Assembly (NCBI GenBank): GCA_016868975.1
Contig: VGFD01000002.1
Coordinates: forward strand, 1-45,476
Reading direction: 5' to 3'
Source: Armatimonadota bacterium
Lineage (GTDB): Bacteria > Vulcanimicrobiota > Xenobia > RGZZ01
DNA length: 45,476 nucleotides
The notes under the pieces were generated by a model. It was not told where the DNA came from, ran no database searches, and was given only the letters and a program-made list of their open reading frames with translations. The translations under genes were made by a program, and so were the position numbers. Shown one piece after another: positions 1 through 9,900 of this stretch. Numbering within the stretch: the stretch's first letter is position 1; the number at the start of each line of letters is the position of its first letter.

Positions 1-2
1 TG

Positions 3-77
3 GTGGACGGGATGTATCTCGTGGCCGGCCTGCTTGCCTGGTTCGCGTTTCAGGCTCTGTCGAGCGGCCTCCTTTAA
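3..77 (+). CDS. 3' end of a probable membrane protein (partial, window edge)
   Basis: Frame 3 reads VDGMYLVAGLLAWFAFQALSSGLL* with TAA at 75-77. It is hydrophobic and convergent with ppa. Confidence 0.35.
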   Translation: MDGMYLVAGLLAWFAFQALSSGLL

Positions 78-115
78 CCTGCCATCCTGCAGGAGCGCCG
101 AGCGGCTTGCAGATC

Positions 116-799
116 TCAGACCACCCGATCGTTGCGGGAGACATTTAGCAGTCGCTGCAGCTCCTCGTCATAATGGCCGAATTTCGCTCGATAATCCTCA
201 ATGCTCGCGGAAATGACCTCCACGGCCTCGTCGCGGTCGTACACATGCGTGATCTCGGTAGGCGGCGGAGTCTCGCCCGGCGCCTGCTTATAGGTCAAGA
301 AGTAGTGCTGCAGCCGGTCTACCAGCGGCTCCGGCACCTCGCGCACCGACTTCCACGCGCCGTAAGTGAGGTCGCCCTCCAGAACGGCGACGATCTTGTC
401 GTCCGCCTGCCCCTTGTCGATGAGCCGCAGCCCGCCGATGGGATGGCACACCACGAGAATATCGGACTTCTCGATCGGTTTCTCGGTGAGCACGCAGATA
501 TCGATCGGATCCCCGTCCCCGGCGATGCCCTCGCGCTGCGCGCGCTTCGAGCAGTAGGCGCCCACCGCGTCCCCACAGTACGTGCGGGGAATGAAGCCGT
601 ACAGCGTGGGGCACAGGTTGGAGAATTTCTGCGGCCGATCGACCTTCAAGTGGCCGCTCGCCTTGTCCACCTCGTATTTCACGCCGTCGGTGGGGGTCAG
701 CTCGATGTAGGCGTAAAACGCGTCCTTGCGGTTGGGAGCGTGGGAGGGCAGTCCGTGCCAGGGATGCGCTTTCACGTAATGCTGGAGGACGTCCTTCAT
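116..799 (-). CDS. ppa: Family I soluble inorganic pyrophosphatase
   Basis: Motifs HPWH, KYEVDK, YGFIPRT, GDGDPIDICV, D-x-G-x-x-DDKIV, FxxYK. Confidence 0.95.
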   Translation of the reverse strand: MKDVLQHYVKAHPWHGLPSHAPNRKDAFYAYIELTPTDGVKYEVDKASGHLKVDRPQKFSNLCPTLYGFIPRTYCGDAVGAYCSKRAQREGIAGDGDPIDICVLTEKPIEKSDILVVCHPIGGLRLIDKGQADDKIVAVLEGDLTYGAWKSVREVPEPLVDRLQHYFLTYKQAPGETPPPTEITHVYDRDEAVEVISASIEDYRAKFGHYDEELQRLLNVSRNDRVV

Positions 800-1665
800 T
801 TCTTATCCTTTCGTGGCCCGATGATGGCTTGCAGCCGCGAGGGAAGCGGGCTGGAAAATTGCAGCCGCTCACCGCGCACCGGATGCACGAAGCTGAGGGT
901 GGCCGCGTGGAGCGCCAGGCGTCGCGCCGGGTCGGTGCGCGCGCCGTACTTGCGGTCGCCGGCCACCGGGTGCCCGAGTCCCGCAAGGTGCACGCGGATC
1001 TGGTTCTTGCGCCCGGTTTCCAGGATAATCTCGACCAGCGAGTATTTCTTGCCGGGTTTCAACACCTTGTAATGGGTGATGGCGGGTACGCCGTCGTCGG
1101 CTTCGTACACTTCCAGCCCGCGATTCTCCTTGAGGGGGCGGCGAATCGTGCCTTCGGCCTGGGAAGGCGTGCCTTCCACGATGGCCAGGTAGTTCTTGTC
1201 CACTTCGCGCCACCCGTTCTGCAAGGCGCGCTTCACCGCCTCGCTGCGCGCGAACACCAGCAATCCCGAGGTCCCCTGATCCAGCCGGTGCACGATGAAC
1301 ACGCGCGCCTCCGGGTCCTGGCCGCGCGCATACTCGGTGAGCACCGCGTACGCGGTACGCTGGTTCTCGGTTTCGGAGGCCATGGTGAGCAGGCCGGGCG
1401 GCTTCTCCACGACCAGCACGTGCTCGTCTTCAAAAATAACTTTCAGCCCGTGGGGAAGGGACTCGGGCGCGGGCCGTTTCTCGAAGTGCACCACAATTTC
1501 GTCGCCGGGCTTCACCGGATGGCTTCCGCGCGTGATGGCCACGCCGTTCACCACCACCGAGCGGAAGCGCAGCAGCTGCTTGATGCGCGTCCCGCGCGCG
1601 CCAGCGAGCGCGCTGCTCAAAAATTCCTCCAGTGTGGAAGCGGCTTTCGCCTGGTAGCGGTGCAT
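796..1665 (-). CDS. RluA/RluD-family pseudouridine synthase with S4-like N-terminus
   Basis: Motifs KPPGL, VHRLDQGTSG, TGRKNQIRVH, GHPVAGDRKYG, LALHA. ATGA overlap with ppa. Confidence 0.93.
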   Translation of the reverse strand: MHRYQAKAASTLEEFLSSALAGARGTRIKQLLRFRSVVVNGVAITRGSHPVKPGDEIVVHFEKRPAPESLPHGLKVIFEDEHVLVVEKPPGLLTMASETENQRTAYAVLTEYARGQDPEARVFIVHRLDQGTSGLLVFARSEAVKRALQNGWREVDKNYLAIVEGTPSQAEGTIRRPLKENRGLEVYEADDGVPAITHYKVLKPGKKYSLVEIILETGRKNQIRVHLAGLGHPVAGDRKYGARTDPARRLALHAATLSFVHPVRGERLQFSSPLPSRLQAIIGPRKDKK

Positions 1666-2336
1666 CAGGCGCCCAGCCGAAACACGACCACCATGGGCCA
1701 GCCCACGTACGGGGCCGCGCGGGGATACGCATCCGCCAGCGCCTGGTCCACGAAGTGCTCGCTCATTTCGATCAACGGCGCACCGCTCCGAGCGATTGCG
1801 TTGATCATGTCGGCCATTTGATTGCCATGCCCGGCCGGGCGGATTTTTACTCCCTCGTCCGGATCCACGAAGGCGGCCTGCGATCCCTTCAGATACATCG
1901 CCGGGTGCATTGCGGTGACGAGCACGGGTCCGCGGCTCACTCGCACTGCCTCGGAAAAGAACAACGGCAGATTTGGCAGATGTTCGAGGACCAGCGAGGA
2001 CAGCACGAAATCAAATTCGCCATCGATGAACGGCAGAGGCTGGCTCAGGTCGTGCTCGATCCAGGCGACCTCCGACGCACCCGGTTTGCGCCGCGCCTCC
2101 CCGAGCATCCCCGCGGAAAAATCCAGCCCGGTGACGAAGGCGCCGCGCGCGGCCAGCGCCAGGGTGTGACGCCCGGTTCCGCATCCCAGGTCGAGCACGC
2201 GCAGGCCGCCCACGTCTGGAAGGTGCGGCGCAAGGGTGGCCGTTTCCAGTGCCGTCATGGGATTTCCATCTTTTTCGTAGATGGGTGCCCAGCGATCGTA
2301 TCCTTCCCGGGTGGGAACGTCTCGTATCGTGATCAT
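1665..2336 (-). CDS. Class I SAM-dependent methyltransferase
   Basis: VLDLGCGTG motif I, LDFSAGML, LPF-x-DGEFD. Confidence 0.9.
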   Translation of the reverse strand: MITIRDVPTREGYDRWAPIYEKDGNPMTALETATLAPHLPDVGGLRVLDLGCGTGRHTLALAARGAFVTGLDFSAGMLGEARRKPGASEVAWIEHDLSQPLPFIDGEFDFVLSSLVLEHLPNLPLFFSEAVRVSRGPVLVTAMHPAMYLKGSQAAFVDPDEGVKIRPAGHGNQMADMINAIARSGAPLIEMSEHFVDQALADAYPRAAPYVGWPMVVVFRLGA

Positions 2337-4198
2337 TGCGGCATCTCCGAAAGCTCGCTCCAGCGCTCCATCGCCTGATCCAGGCGGCGGCTCAGCGTCT
2401 GCAGCTCGTCGTATAGTTTCTGGGTGCGCACGAAGTCGCTGGAATCTTTCGCCAGCAACCCCTCAACGACTTTGCGGCGCGCCTCAGCGGACTCGATCTC
2501 GGTCTCCAGCGTTTCCAGTTCGCGGCGCTCCCGCATGCTCATCTTGCGGGGCTTGGCGGCGCCTACCGCGGGTTGCAAGGGCGCGGGTCGCACAGGTCGT
2601 GCAACAGGCGCTTCGGGCGCTGCGGCCCGCAAGGCCTCGGTGGCGCTGTAATTTCCGGCATATTCCCGAACTTGCCCGTCGCCCTCAAACGCGAAGACCG
2701 ACTCCACCGTACGATCCAGAAAATAGCGGTCGTGGCTGACCACCACCAGGCATCCGGAAAACCCGTCGAGATAATCCTCCAGCCGCACCAGCGTGGGGAT
2801 GTCGAGGTCGTTCGTCGGCTCGTCCAGGATCAGCACATTGGGATTGCGCATCAGCACCCGCAGCAGGTACAGCCGACGGCGCTCGCCGCCGGAGAGCCGG
2901 CCGATGGGCACTTGCTGCAAAGGCCCGGAAAACAGGAACCGCTCGCACATCTGGGCCGCCGAGAGCGTCCGACCGTCCGCGGTGGGCACCGAATCCGATT
3001 CCTCGCGGACGTATTCGATGACCCGCATGTCGTCGTCAAGGGCGCGGCTCTCCTGATCGTAGTAGCCAATCGCGACGGTGGCGCCAGTGGAAATCTCCCC
3101 GCTGTCCGGCGCGAGCCTTCCCACCATCATCTCCAGCAGCGTGGTCTTGCCGCAGCCGTTGGGGCCGACAATTCCCACGCGGTCGCCGCGCTTCAGCGTG
3201 TAGGAGAAGTCGCGCACGATGGAGCGCCCGTCAAACCGCTTGCTTACGTGGGTCATTTCGATGGTCCGGGTCCCCAGCCGGCGGCCGGCCACGTTGATTT
3301 CCACGTGCCGCGCCGCTTCCTCGCGGGGGGCGGACACCAGCGACTCCGCGCGCTCCACGCGGGCCTTCTGCTTTGTGGCGCGTGCCCGTGGGCCGCGGCG
3401 CAGCCAGTCCAGTTCGCGGCGAATCAGGTTGGCGCGCTTCTCATCCGCGGCCGCGCGCTGCGCCTCCTGCTCGGCCTTTTTCTCGAGATACGCCTCATAA
3501 TTTCCCACGAACGTCTGCACGCGACCCCGCTCGATTTCCAGGGTGCGGGTGGTGATGCGATCCAGGAAATAGCGGTCGTGTGTCACGAGGAGCAAGGTGC
3601 CGGTGAAGCGGCGCAGATATTCCTCCAGCCACGCGACGGCGTCGGTATCCAGATGGTTGGTGGGCTCGTCGAGGATCAAGAGGTCGGGCCGCGTGATGAG
3701 CGCGTGCGCCAGGGCCACCCGCTTGCGCTGGCCGCCGGAGAGCGTCCCGATTCGCGCGTCCGTGTCGACGATCCCCAGCCGGTTGAGTACCGTGCGGGCG
3801 TTGGTCTCCAGGTCCCAGGCGCCCGCCGCCTCCAACTGGTCGGCAAGGCGGGACAGTTTTTGCGGATCGCTGGCCGCTGCATGGCACGCCGCCTCGTAGT
3901 CATGCAGCAAGCGCATCGTATCATTGCTGGCCACGAAGACCGCGTCCAGCACGGTGAGCGACTCGTCGAACAGCGGATTTTGCGCGAGGAATGCCACGCT
4001 GGTGCCGCGCGCCACCACCACGCGTCCGCTGTCCGGCGCCTCGCGGCCGGCGATAATCCGCAGCAGCGTCGACTTGCCGCAGCCGTTCGCGCCAATAATC
4101 CCCGCCTTCTCGCCGTAATCCACGCCCAGGGTGATCCCTTCCAGGAGCGGCTCCGCGCGGTAGCTGCGGCTCAGGTTTTCCAGGCTGATGATGGACAC
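2333..4198 (-). CDS. ABC-F family ATPase (Uup-like)
   Basis: Two NBDs (GANGCGKS/LSGGQ/LDEPTNHLD and GPNGCGKT/LSGGE/LDEPTNDLD), PtIM linker, C-terminal coiled coil ending RWSEL, no TM segments. Confidence 0.93.
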   Translation of the reverse strand: MSIISLENLSRSYRAEPLLEGITLGVDYGEKAGIIGANGCGKSTLLRIIAGREAPDSGRVVVARGTSVAFLAQNPLFDESLTVLDAVFVASNDTMRLLHDYEAACHAAASDPQKLSRLADQLEAAGAWDLETNARTVLNRLGIVDTDARIGTLSGGQRKRVALAHALITRPDLLILDEPTNHLDTDAVAWLEEYLRRFTGTLLLVTHDRYFLDRITTRTLEIERGRVQTFVGNYEAYLEKKAEQEAQRAAADEKRANLIRRELDWLRRGPRARATKQKARVERAESLVSAPREEAARHVEINVAGRRLGTRTIEMTHVSKRFDGRSIVRDFSYTLKRGDRVGIVGPNGCGKTTLLEMMVGRLAPDSGEISTGATVAIGYYDQESRALDDDMRVIEYVREESDSVPTADGRTLSAAQMCERFLFSGPLQQVPIGRLSGGERRRLYLLRVLMRNPNVLILDEPTNDLDIPTLVRLEDYLDGFSGCLVVVSHDRYFLDRTVESVFAFEGDGQVREYAGNYSATEALRAAAPEAPVARPVRPAPLQPAVGAAKPRKMSMRERRELETLETEIESAEARRKVVEGLLAKDSSDFVRTQKLYDELQTLSRRLDQAMERWSELSEMPQ

Positions 4199-4218
4199 GG
4201 GCGGGGCTTCCCCAAATG

Positions 4219-4268
4219 AAAGGGGCCTCCTGCGGGGCTGCGTTGCGAGCCGCGCGGGAAGCCTCTTT
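4219..4268 (-). terminator. Possible intrinsic terminator downstream of the EF-hand gene
   Basis: Imperfect inverted repeat AAAGAGGCTTCCCGCG...CGCAGGAGGCCCCTTT followed by CATTT on the minus strand. Confidence 0.3.
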
Positions 4269-4314
4269 GAGATACCAGAGTGAGAGATGAGGAGAGAGAT
4301 GGACCTGTGTTGAC

Positions 4315-5262
4315 CTACTTTCCTTTCCCAGTGCCTTCGTTGCGCATTGAAGTGTTCTCGATGGTAATCGTCTGCTTGCTGCCGTCGTTCATCGTGATCT
4401 CGACCTGCGATCCGTTGGGGAACGACGCGCCCGGCTTCTTGAAGCGGAAGTGGGGGCGGTCGCCGTTGCCCACGCCCGAGAACTTGCCCTCGTCGAGGAC
4501 CTGGCCGTCGGGGCTGAGCACCCGCACCGACTGTACCTTCCCCGCGTAGTTCGGGGGGAGCAGGATGACGAGGTTGCCGTCCGAGTCCGAGGTCGGCTTC
4601 CAGAGGAAGCCCGCGGGCGCGTCCGGGTTGGCGATCGTCGGGCCCTTGGGGGAAGCCGGGCCTCCGGCGGCCGGCGCGGCGCCGGCGTCAGCGGCGGGCT
4701 TCTCGTTGTTGGGGTCGTTGGCGCCGCCCAGCAGGTCGAGCACCGCGCTGGCGTTCTTCGGGTCGAGCTCCTTCAGGGAGGCCTTGCTGTCGCCCGCGGT
4801 CAGCTCGTCGAGGGACTGCACGCCGTTGGCGCCGATGACGCCCGCGCCGGCCGCCTTCAATTCCTGGTTGTTGAGCTTGCCGTCGTTGTTGGCGTCGAAC
4901 TGGCGGACCAGGCCGGCCAGGCGATCCGCGGTGGCCTTCTCCTGCTCGTCCACGCCGCCGCTGCCGTCGAGGTCGTTGTTGCCGCCGAAAGCCTGCAGCC
5001 CGTCGCGAGTGTCCTTCACCTCTTTGTCGGACAGGTCGCCGTTCTTGTCAAAGTCAAAGGCCAGCACGCCGTCGCGAGCGCCGTCGTAGCGGTTGTCGCG
5101 ATCCAGGTCGAGGCCATAGCCCTGCACGTCGCGGCCGTCCTGCGTGCGGACGCTCGCGTCGACGGTCTTCACACTGGTCGTGGTGGGCCCGGTCTCGCTC
5201 TTCTGGGCGGGCTGTGTCGTGGTGGGGCGGTTCTGGGTAGAGGTGGAGATGCTGCTCGTCAT
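4315..5262 (-). CDS. EF-hand-like (DxDxDG) protein with Thr/Ser-rich N-terminus and uncharacterised C-terminal domain
   Basis: Start reassigned to ATG 5262 (RBS AGGAGGGA at 5278-5271). Ca-loops DLDRDNRYD, DFDKNGDLSDKE, DLDGSGGVDEQE, DANNDGKLNNQEL. Confidence 0.8.
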   Translation of the reverse strand: MTSSISTSTQNRPTTTQPAQKSETGPTTTSVKTVDASVRTQDGRDVQGYGLDLDRDNRYDGARDGVLAFDFDKNGDLSDKEVKDTRDGLQAFGGNNDLDGSGGVDEQEKATADRLAGLVRQFDANNDGKLNNQELKAAGAGVIGANGVQSLDELTAGDSKASLKELDPKNASAVLDLLGGANDPNNEKPAADAGAAPAAGGPASPKGPTIANPDAPAGFLWKPTSDSDGNLVILLPPNYAGKVQSVRVLSPDGQVLDEGKFSGVGNGDRPHFRFKKPGASFPNGSQVEITMNDGSKQTITIENTSMRNEGTGKGK

Positions 5263-5308
5263 TTCTGTAGTCCCTCCTGCGCTGCCGACGTCCTCGTTTC
5301 GTGGACAC

Positions 5309-5373
5309 AGCATATCCCCCGAGGGTTGGGGGGCGGTTTGGAAGCGGCTTGGAGATGTTAACATTGTGTAACA
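5309..5373 (-). promoter_or_regulatory. Promoter with -10 TATGCT, three 11-bp-period repeats and a TGTTAA-N5-TGTAAC box
   Basis: Minus strand CCAAGCCGCTT/CCAAACCGCCC/CCCAACCCTCG (5352-5320), then TATGCT (5314-5309). Plus strand TGTTAACATTGTGTAAC at 5356-5372. Confidence 0.5.
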
Positions 5374-5411
5374 CAGGGCGGGTCGGTGGACAGATTGAAC
5401 AGATCGCGCCC

Positions 5412-6572
5412 ATGGATCTCCCCCCCGAAGTAGTCCGCCTGGTGGACGATCTCTACTGCGGCGTGGACCCTGCCGACGCGCTCGCGCTGGCCGAGGACTG
5501 GCGCGCGCGCAGCATCCGCACCCTCGACCGTGAGGCCGGCGTCTTCGTCTCGACAGCGGATGAGTCGGCCCTGGAGAACGCGCGCTACCTCCTGGAGCGG
5601 CTGAGGTTCCCGGTGGCCGGCGGCGAGCCGGCGGCCCGCAAGGTCATGACCGACGTAGCGGAACTGGTCCCGATGCTGCGGCGCGTTTCCCGCAACCGCC
5701 TGCGGGTGTGGTTCGTCGACGCGGAGCCACTCGACGCGCTGCTGGTGGCCGGCGTGGCGGTCGCGCAGGGGCGGGGACAGGCGGAGGCGGTGGTGCGGCG
5801 CCTCTCGCCGGCCGCGCTGTACATGCGCGATCTGTACGAGCACTTCCGCCAGCGCGCGCCGTCCTTGCCGGACAGCGTGCGAGAGGAAGTCCGCCACGGC
5901 TTCGACCGCGTCACCGACGGCCTGGAGCTGCTGGGGACCTGGCTGACGGACGGCCGCAAGGAGACACTGGAGCGCGCGCTGTGCGCCTTGCGCGCGGGCT
6001 GCGAGGCGGTGTCCCAGGTGGAGCGCTGGCGGGCGGCTGGCGAGCGCACTCGGGCCGCCGTGCCGGTGGGTGGCGAGCCGCTGGGCGCGCTGCTCGACGC
6101 GGCGCGCTGCGGGGACGCGGACCGTGCGGCGCGGGCGGCCCGCTTCCGCGAGGTCTGGATGCCGCGGCTCTATGGCTTGCTTGAGCAGTTCCGCCAGGAG
6201 CTGCCGCTCAATCTGGAGACGCGCGATGTCTTGCTCGAAGAATTAGGGGAGGCGCTCGGCGCGCTCGACGGCACGCTGGAGTCCTCCGACGCGACCGAGC
6301 TGGAGTCGGTGGTGAAGCAGCTGGAGCAGGCGTTCGCCAGCCTGCGGGGCGGCGTGGTGCGCGTCGAGCAGATCGGTGACGCCCGGCTGCAGGAGATGGC
6401 GCGTCTGATTTCCGGCGTGTGGTTCGGCACCGTGCCGCTGCTTGGATTGCTGACCCGCATGCCGGAGCTGATGCGCGACGACGACGCGGACGAAATCGAG
6501 GAGGCGGCCCGCCATCTGGATTACTATCTGCAGACCGGCGAGCGCTTCCACGTGCAGGCGGCGCTGGATTGA
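5412..6572 (+). CDS. Hypothetical alpha-helical protein
   Basis: Long ORF with GC-rich third positions. Probable start ATG 5412 (MDLPPEV). No motif recognised. Confidence 0.7.
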   Translation: MDLPPEVVRLVDDLYCGVDPADALALAEDWRARSIRTLDREAGVFVSTADESALENARYLLERLRFPVAGGEPAARKVMTDVAELVPMLRRVSRNRLRVWFVDAEPLDALLVAGVAVAQGRGQAEAVVRRLSPAALYMRDLYEHFRQRAPSLPDSVREEVRHGFDRVTDGLELLGTWLTDGRKETLERALCALRAGCEAVSQVERWRAAGERTRAAVPVGGEPLGALLDAARCGDADRAARAARFREVWMPRLYGLLEQFRQELPLNLETRDVLLEELGEALGALDGTLESSDATELESVVKQLEQAFASLRGGVVRVEQIGDARLQEMARLISGVWFGTVPLLGLLTRMPELMRDDDADEIEEAARHLDYYLQTGERFHVQAALD

Positions 6573-6612
6573 GTCACGGCGGCGGCCGCGAAACCCGTGG
6601 CGGTGGCGGAGG

Positions 6613-6930
6613 ATGACGATTGATGGCGACACCATGATTCCGTGTCAACTGAGAGAAAATGACGTCGTGCTCTACGTGACCGGCACTCTGGAATGTGCGC
6701 GCGCGGCGGCGCTTCTCCGCGAAACTGGCGTCCGCTTCGTTACGGTGGGCGTCGAGACCGAGCCCGCCCTTGCCCAGTCGGTCGCCGAATATTCCGGCTG
6801 GCCCACGTTTCCGCAGCTGTTCGTGCAGGCACAATTCATCGGCGGCCTGCAATACGTGGAGGAAATGGCACGCACCGGCGCTCTGCAGCACTTGCTGCGG
6901 GATTTGCCGAGGAGCCTTCCGGGAAATTGA
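6613..6930 (+). CDS. Monothiol glutaredoxin (Grx4/GrxD)-like protein with degenerate active site
   Basis: YSGWPTFPQLFV...FIGG signature is present. The KGTP...CGFS loop is replaced by TGTLEC. Confidence 0.8.
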   Translation: MTIDGDTMIPCQLRENDVVLYVTGTLECARAAALLRETGVRFVTVGVETEPALAQSVAEYSGWPTFPQLFVQAQFIGGLQYVEEMARTGALQHLLRDLPRSLPGN

Positions 6931-6982
6931 CCTGCATCCACCGCCCGCAAGTTGCGGATCAACTTACCGCTTGCGACCTCGG

Positions 6983-9900
6983 CTACAGCTTCGAAACCAT
7001 GTCGTCCAGGTCGCGGTTGAGCCACTGCAGGCCCGCCTTGACCTGGTCGGCGTTTTCCTTCTGGCCGCCCTTGCCCGCGTTCTGGTAGAGCGTGATGTCC
7101 GAGCGGTCGCGCAGGGTCTGCATTTCGCCGCTCTTCACCGTCTCCGCGATCTCGTTCTCGTGGGCGCGCTCGCCGTACGGCAACTGCGCGGCCTGGAACG
7201 CCACGTGGTTGAGCATGGTGACGTCGTTCAGGCCCGTCTTGTCGGTGGCCGCGATCAGTCCGGCCAGCACTTTCTTCAGACCCGCGATCGACTCGCACTC
7301 CTCGCCGCGGAAATCCGCGAGGTAAAGGGCCAGCGTCAGCAACGGCACCGCGTTGGCGCCCGCCATGCGGGTTCCTCCGTCGGGACGGTCGGCCAGCGTG
7401 AGCGTGTACTCCTTGTAAAGCTGGTGCGTGACGTCGGCGCCCTTGTCGGTCTTGGAGGCAATCGCCTGGCGGGTGGCCTCGCGAATCGCTTCCGCCTTCT
7501 CTTCGGAAATCTCCGGCACGCCGTAGAATTTCGCGATGTCCTCGCGCGACATTTCCGCCACCTGCGGCGTGTTGCAGGAAATTCGCTGGCGCGTCGGCGC
7601 GAAGCCCACGAACGGATTCTTGGGATCGGCGAACGCGCGGTCCTTGCCGGCCTTCCAGCCCACGTTGTGCGCATCGGCGGCCGCGGATTCCACCAGCTTG
7701 CCGACCACGTCTTCCAGCACGGCCGAGCCGCTCTTGCCCTGAATGGCTTCCAGATGCTTGTAGAGCCACTCGGCGGCCGGCTGCAGCGTGTACTCGTCGA
7801 GCTTCGCCAGCTCAAGACCGTTTTCGTGGATGGTGTGCCAGCCCTGGAAATCCGTGCGCACTTGCGTCTTTACCGTGCGTCCGGTGGACTTGGGCGCGTC
7901 GATCTGGTGGTCGAACGAGCGCTCGCCCACCACCACCTGCGAGGCCAGGAACGCCACGCGGTGGACCTTTTCCAGCTCTTTCACGCCGAGGTCGTCCTTG
8001 CCGCCCAGCATGTTGTCGAGCACGTAGCGGAGGTCCTCGCCGCGCCGGAAATCCTGCAGATACAGGGATAAAGCCAGCGGGGCCACGGCCACTTCGCCGG
8101 ACAACCGCACCGACTGCTGCTGGTCGAGCATTTCCGCGTAGGTCAGGAAATGCGGGTCGAAAATCGTCGAGCCGACCGCCGCCTTCTTCACCGCGTCCAG
8201 CTTCCACTCGGGGATGTCGGCCTGCGGCGCCTGCGCCTTGAGCCACTCGGCGATCTGCGCGTTGCTCATGCCCGCCACGTCGCGCGTGACCAGGACGCGC
8301 TCGGGCGCGAATCCCAGAAAAGCGCTTTCCGGATCCATCAATTCGCGATCCTTGGCGCGCTTCCAGATCTGGTGTGCGTCCGCCGCGGCCTCGTCGAGCA
8401 TCCTCGAAAGCACCGCGTTGAGCAGGCGCTCCTTGGTGGTGCCGGTGACCATGTCGGCCATCGCGTCCACCAGGTGGGCCAGGCGATTGTCTTCGGAGAG
8501 CAGCGGGGTGATGTCGTTCATCGCCACTTCCAGGCCGCCGAAGGTGACCTGGCCGCACTCGCCGGGAATGCGCTGCGGCGCGGCGCCGGAATATTTCGTG
8601 GGTTTGCCCCAGAAGTCGATGGGTTTTCCGTCCGAGCCCGGCACGCCGACCTTGCCCAGGTAGAAGCCCTTCTCGTCGTCAAGAATTCCGGCCGGATCGA
8701 CCGGCGTATTCGCCAGCGGATAAAAGTCTTTGTAAAAGGGATCGACGGCCTTGAAGCCGTTCTCTCGCAGGATGCGGCCCTCTTTGTCCAGCTTTGCCAG
8801 GAACGGCATGCTATGGTCTTCGATGGCCAGCGGGTTGCCCTTGTCGTCGCGCAGGATGTCGCCGTCGTCGGTGCGCACCGGGCGGCCCTTTTTGTCGCGC
8901 TCGATGGCGTACTTCATGGGCTGGCCATTTTCGTCGAGGCGCAATTTCATCGGAGAGAAGAAGCCGAGATCCGGCGACACCACCTGGATCTTGTTCCACT
9001 CCTGGGCCCTGGTTAGCTCGTTTTCGAAGGTTTCCTCGTGCCCGTCCAGGATGGCGTCCAGGCAGCCTTGCAGGTGGCGCGTCTGGTGGTCGCGCTTCCA
9101 CAGGTCGAAGCAGCCCTGGTAGGTGACCTTGGTGTGGCGGCAGTCGGATTGCCCCAGCATGATCTCCACCGCGAGGTTCGTCTGGCCACTGCCGGAAATG
9201 CGGCTGTGGCACACGTCGTGGCGCGCCTGGGTGAACTTGTCGCGCTTCTTGTGGACGTCCGAGTCGAGGTCTTCCATGAGCCGCTCGCCGGTCTTCTGAT
9301 CGTAGAGCGCGAATTTCGTGTCGATGTACTTGTGCACGCGGGAGTGAAAGACGGGGAAATCTTGCGGCCGGTCGATCTTGTCCAATCCCAGGTGGAACAT
9401 CACCTGGCGCAGTGCGCGCACGGTCTGGCGGTTGATGGGGGTGTCGGCCACGCCGCCGCGGCTGACGAATTTCCACGAGCCGCCAACGAACTTGGAGTTG
9501 AAGACCTCCTGGAAGGTGGTGGCCTTTTTGAAGATGCGGTCGGTAATTTCTTTCTGGCGCAGATCTTCCGGCGACAGCGACGAGTCGGCGGCGCTGAAGT
9601 TCTTCAACGAGCGCAGCTCGGCCTGGGCGTTCGTGATGAACGCATTGAGATCGAAGCCAGGCTTTGGCGGGAAGCCGCCTTCGGTGCGCTCGGCCAGCTT
9701 GCGCACCATGAAGTTGACCAGACCGACGTCCTTGCCTTCTTCCTTCTTGGTTTCGCCGAACCACTGCAGGTTGTCCGAGGTGGACTGCAATTCCCAGCCC
9801 GCCTTTGCCGCGTTCAGCAGCCGCGGCAGCAGGTCATGCACTGTCTGCGGCTGGTCGAGGATGGTGGCCAGCTCGGTCTGCGTGGCGAGATTCCAGAAAT

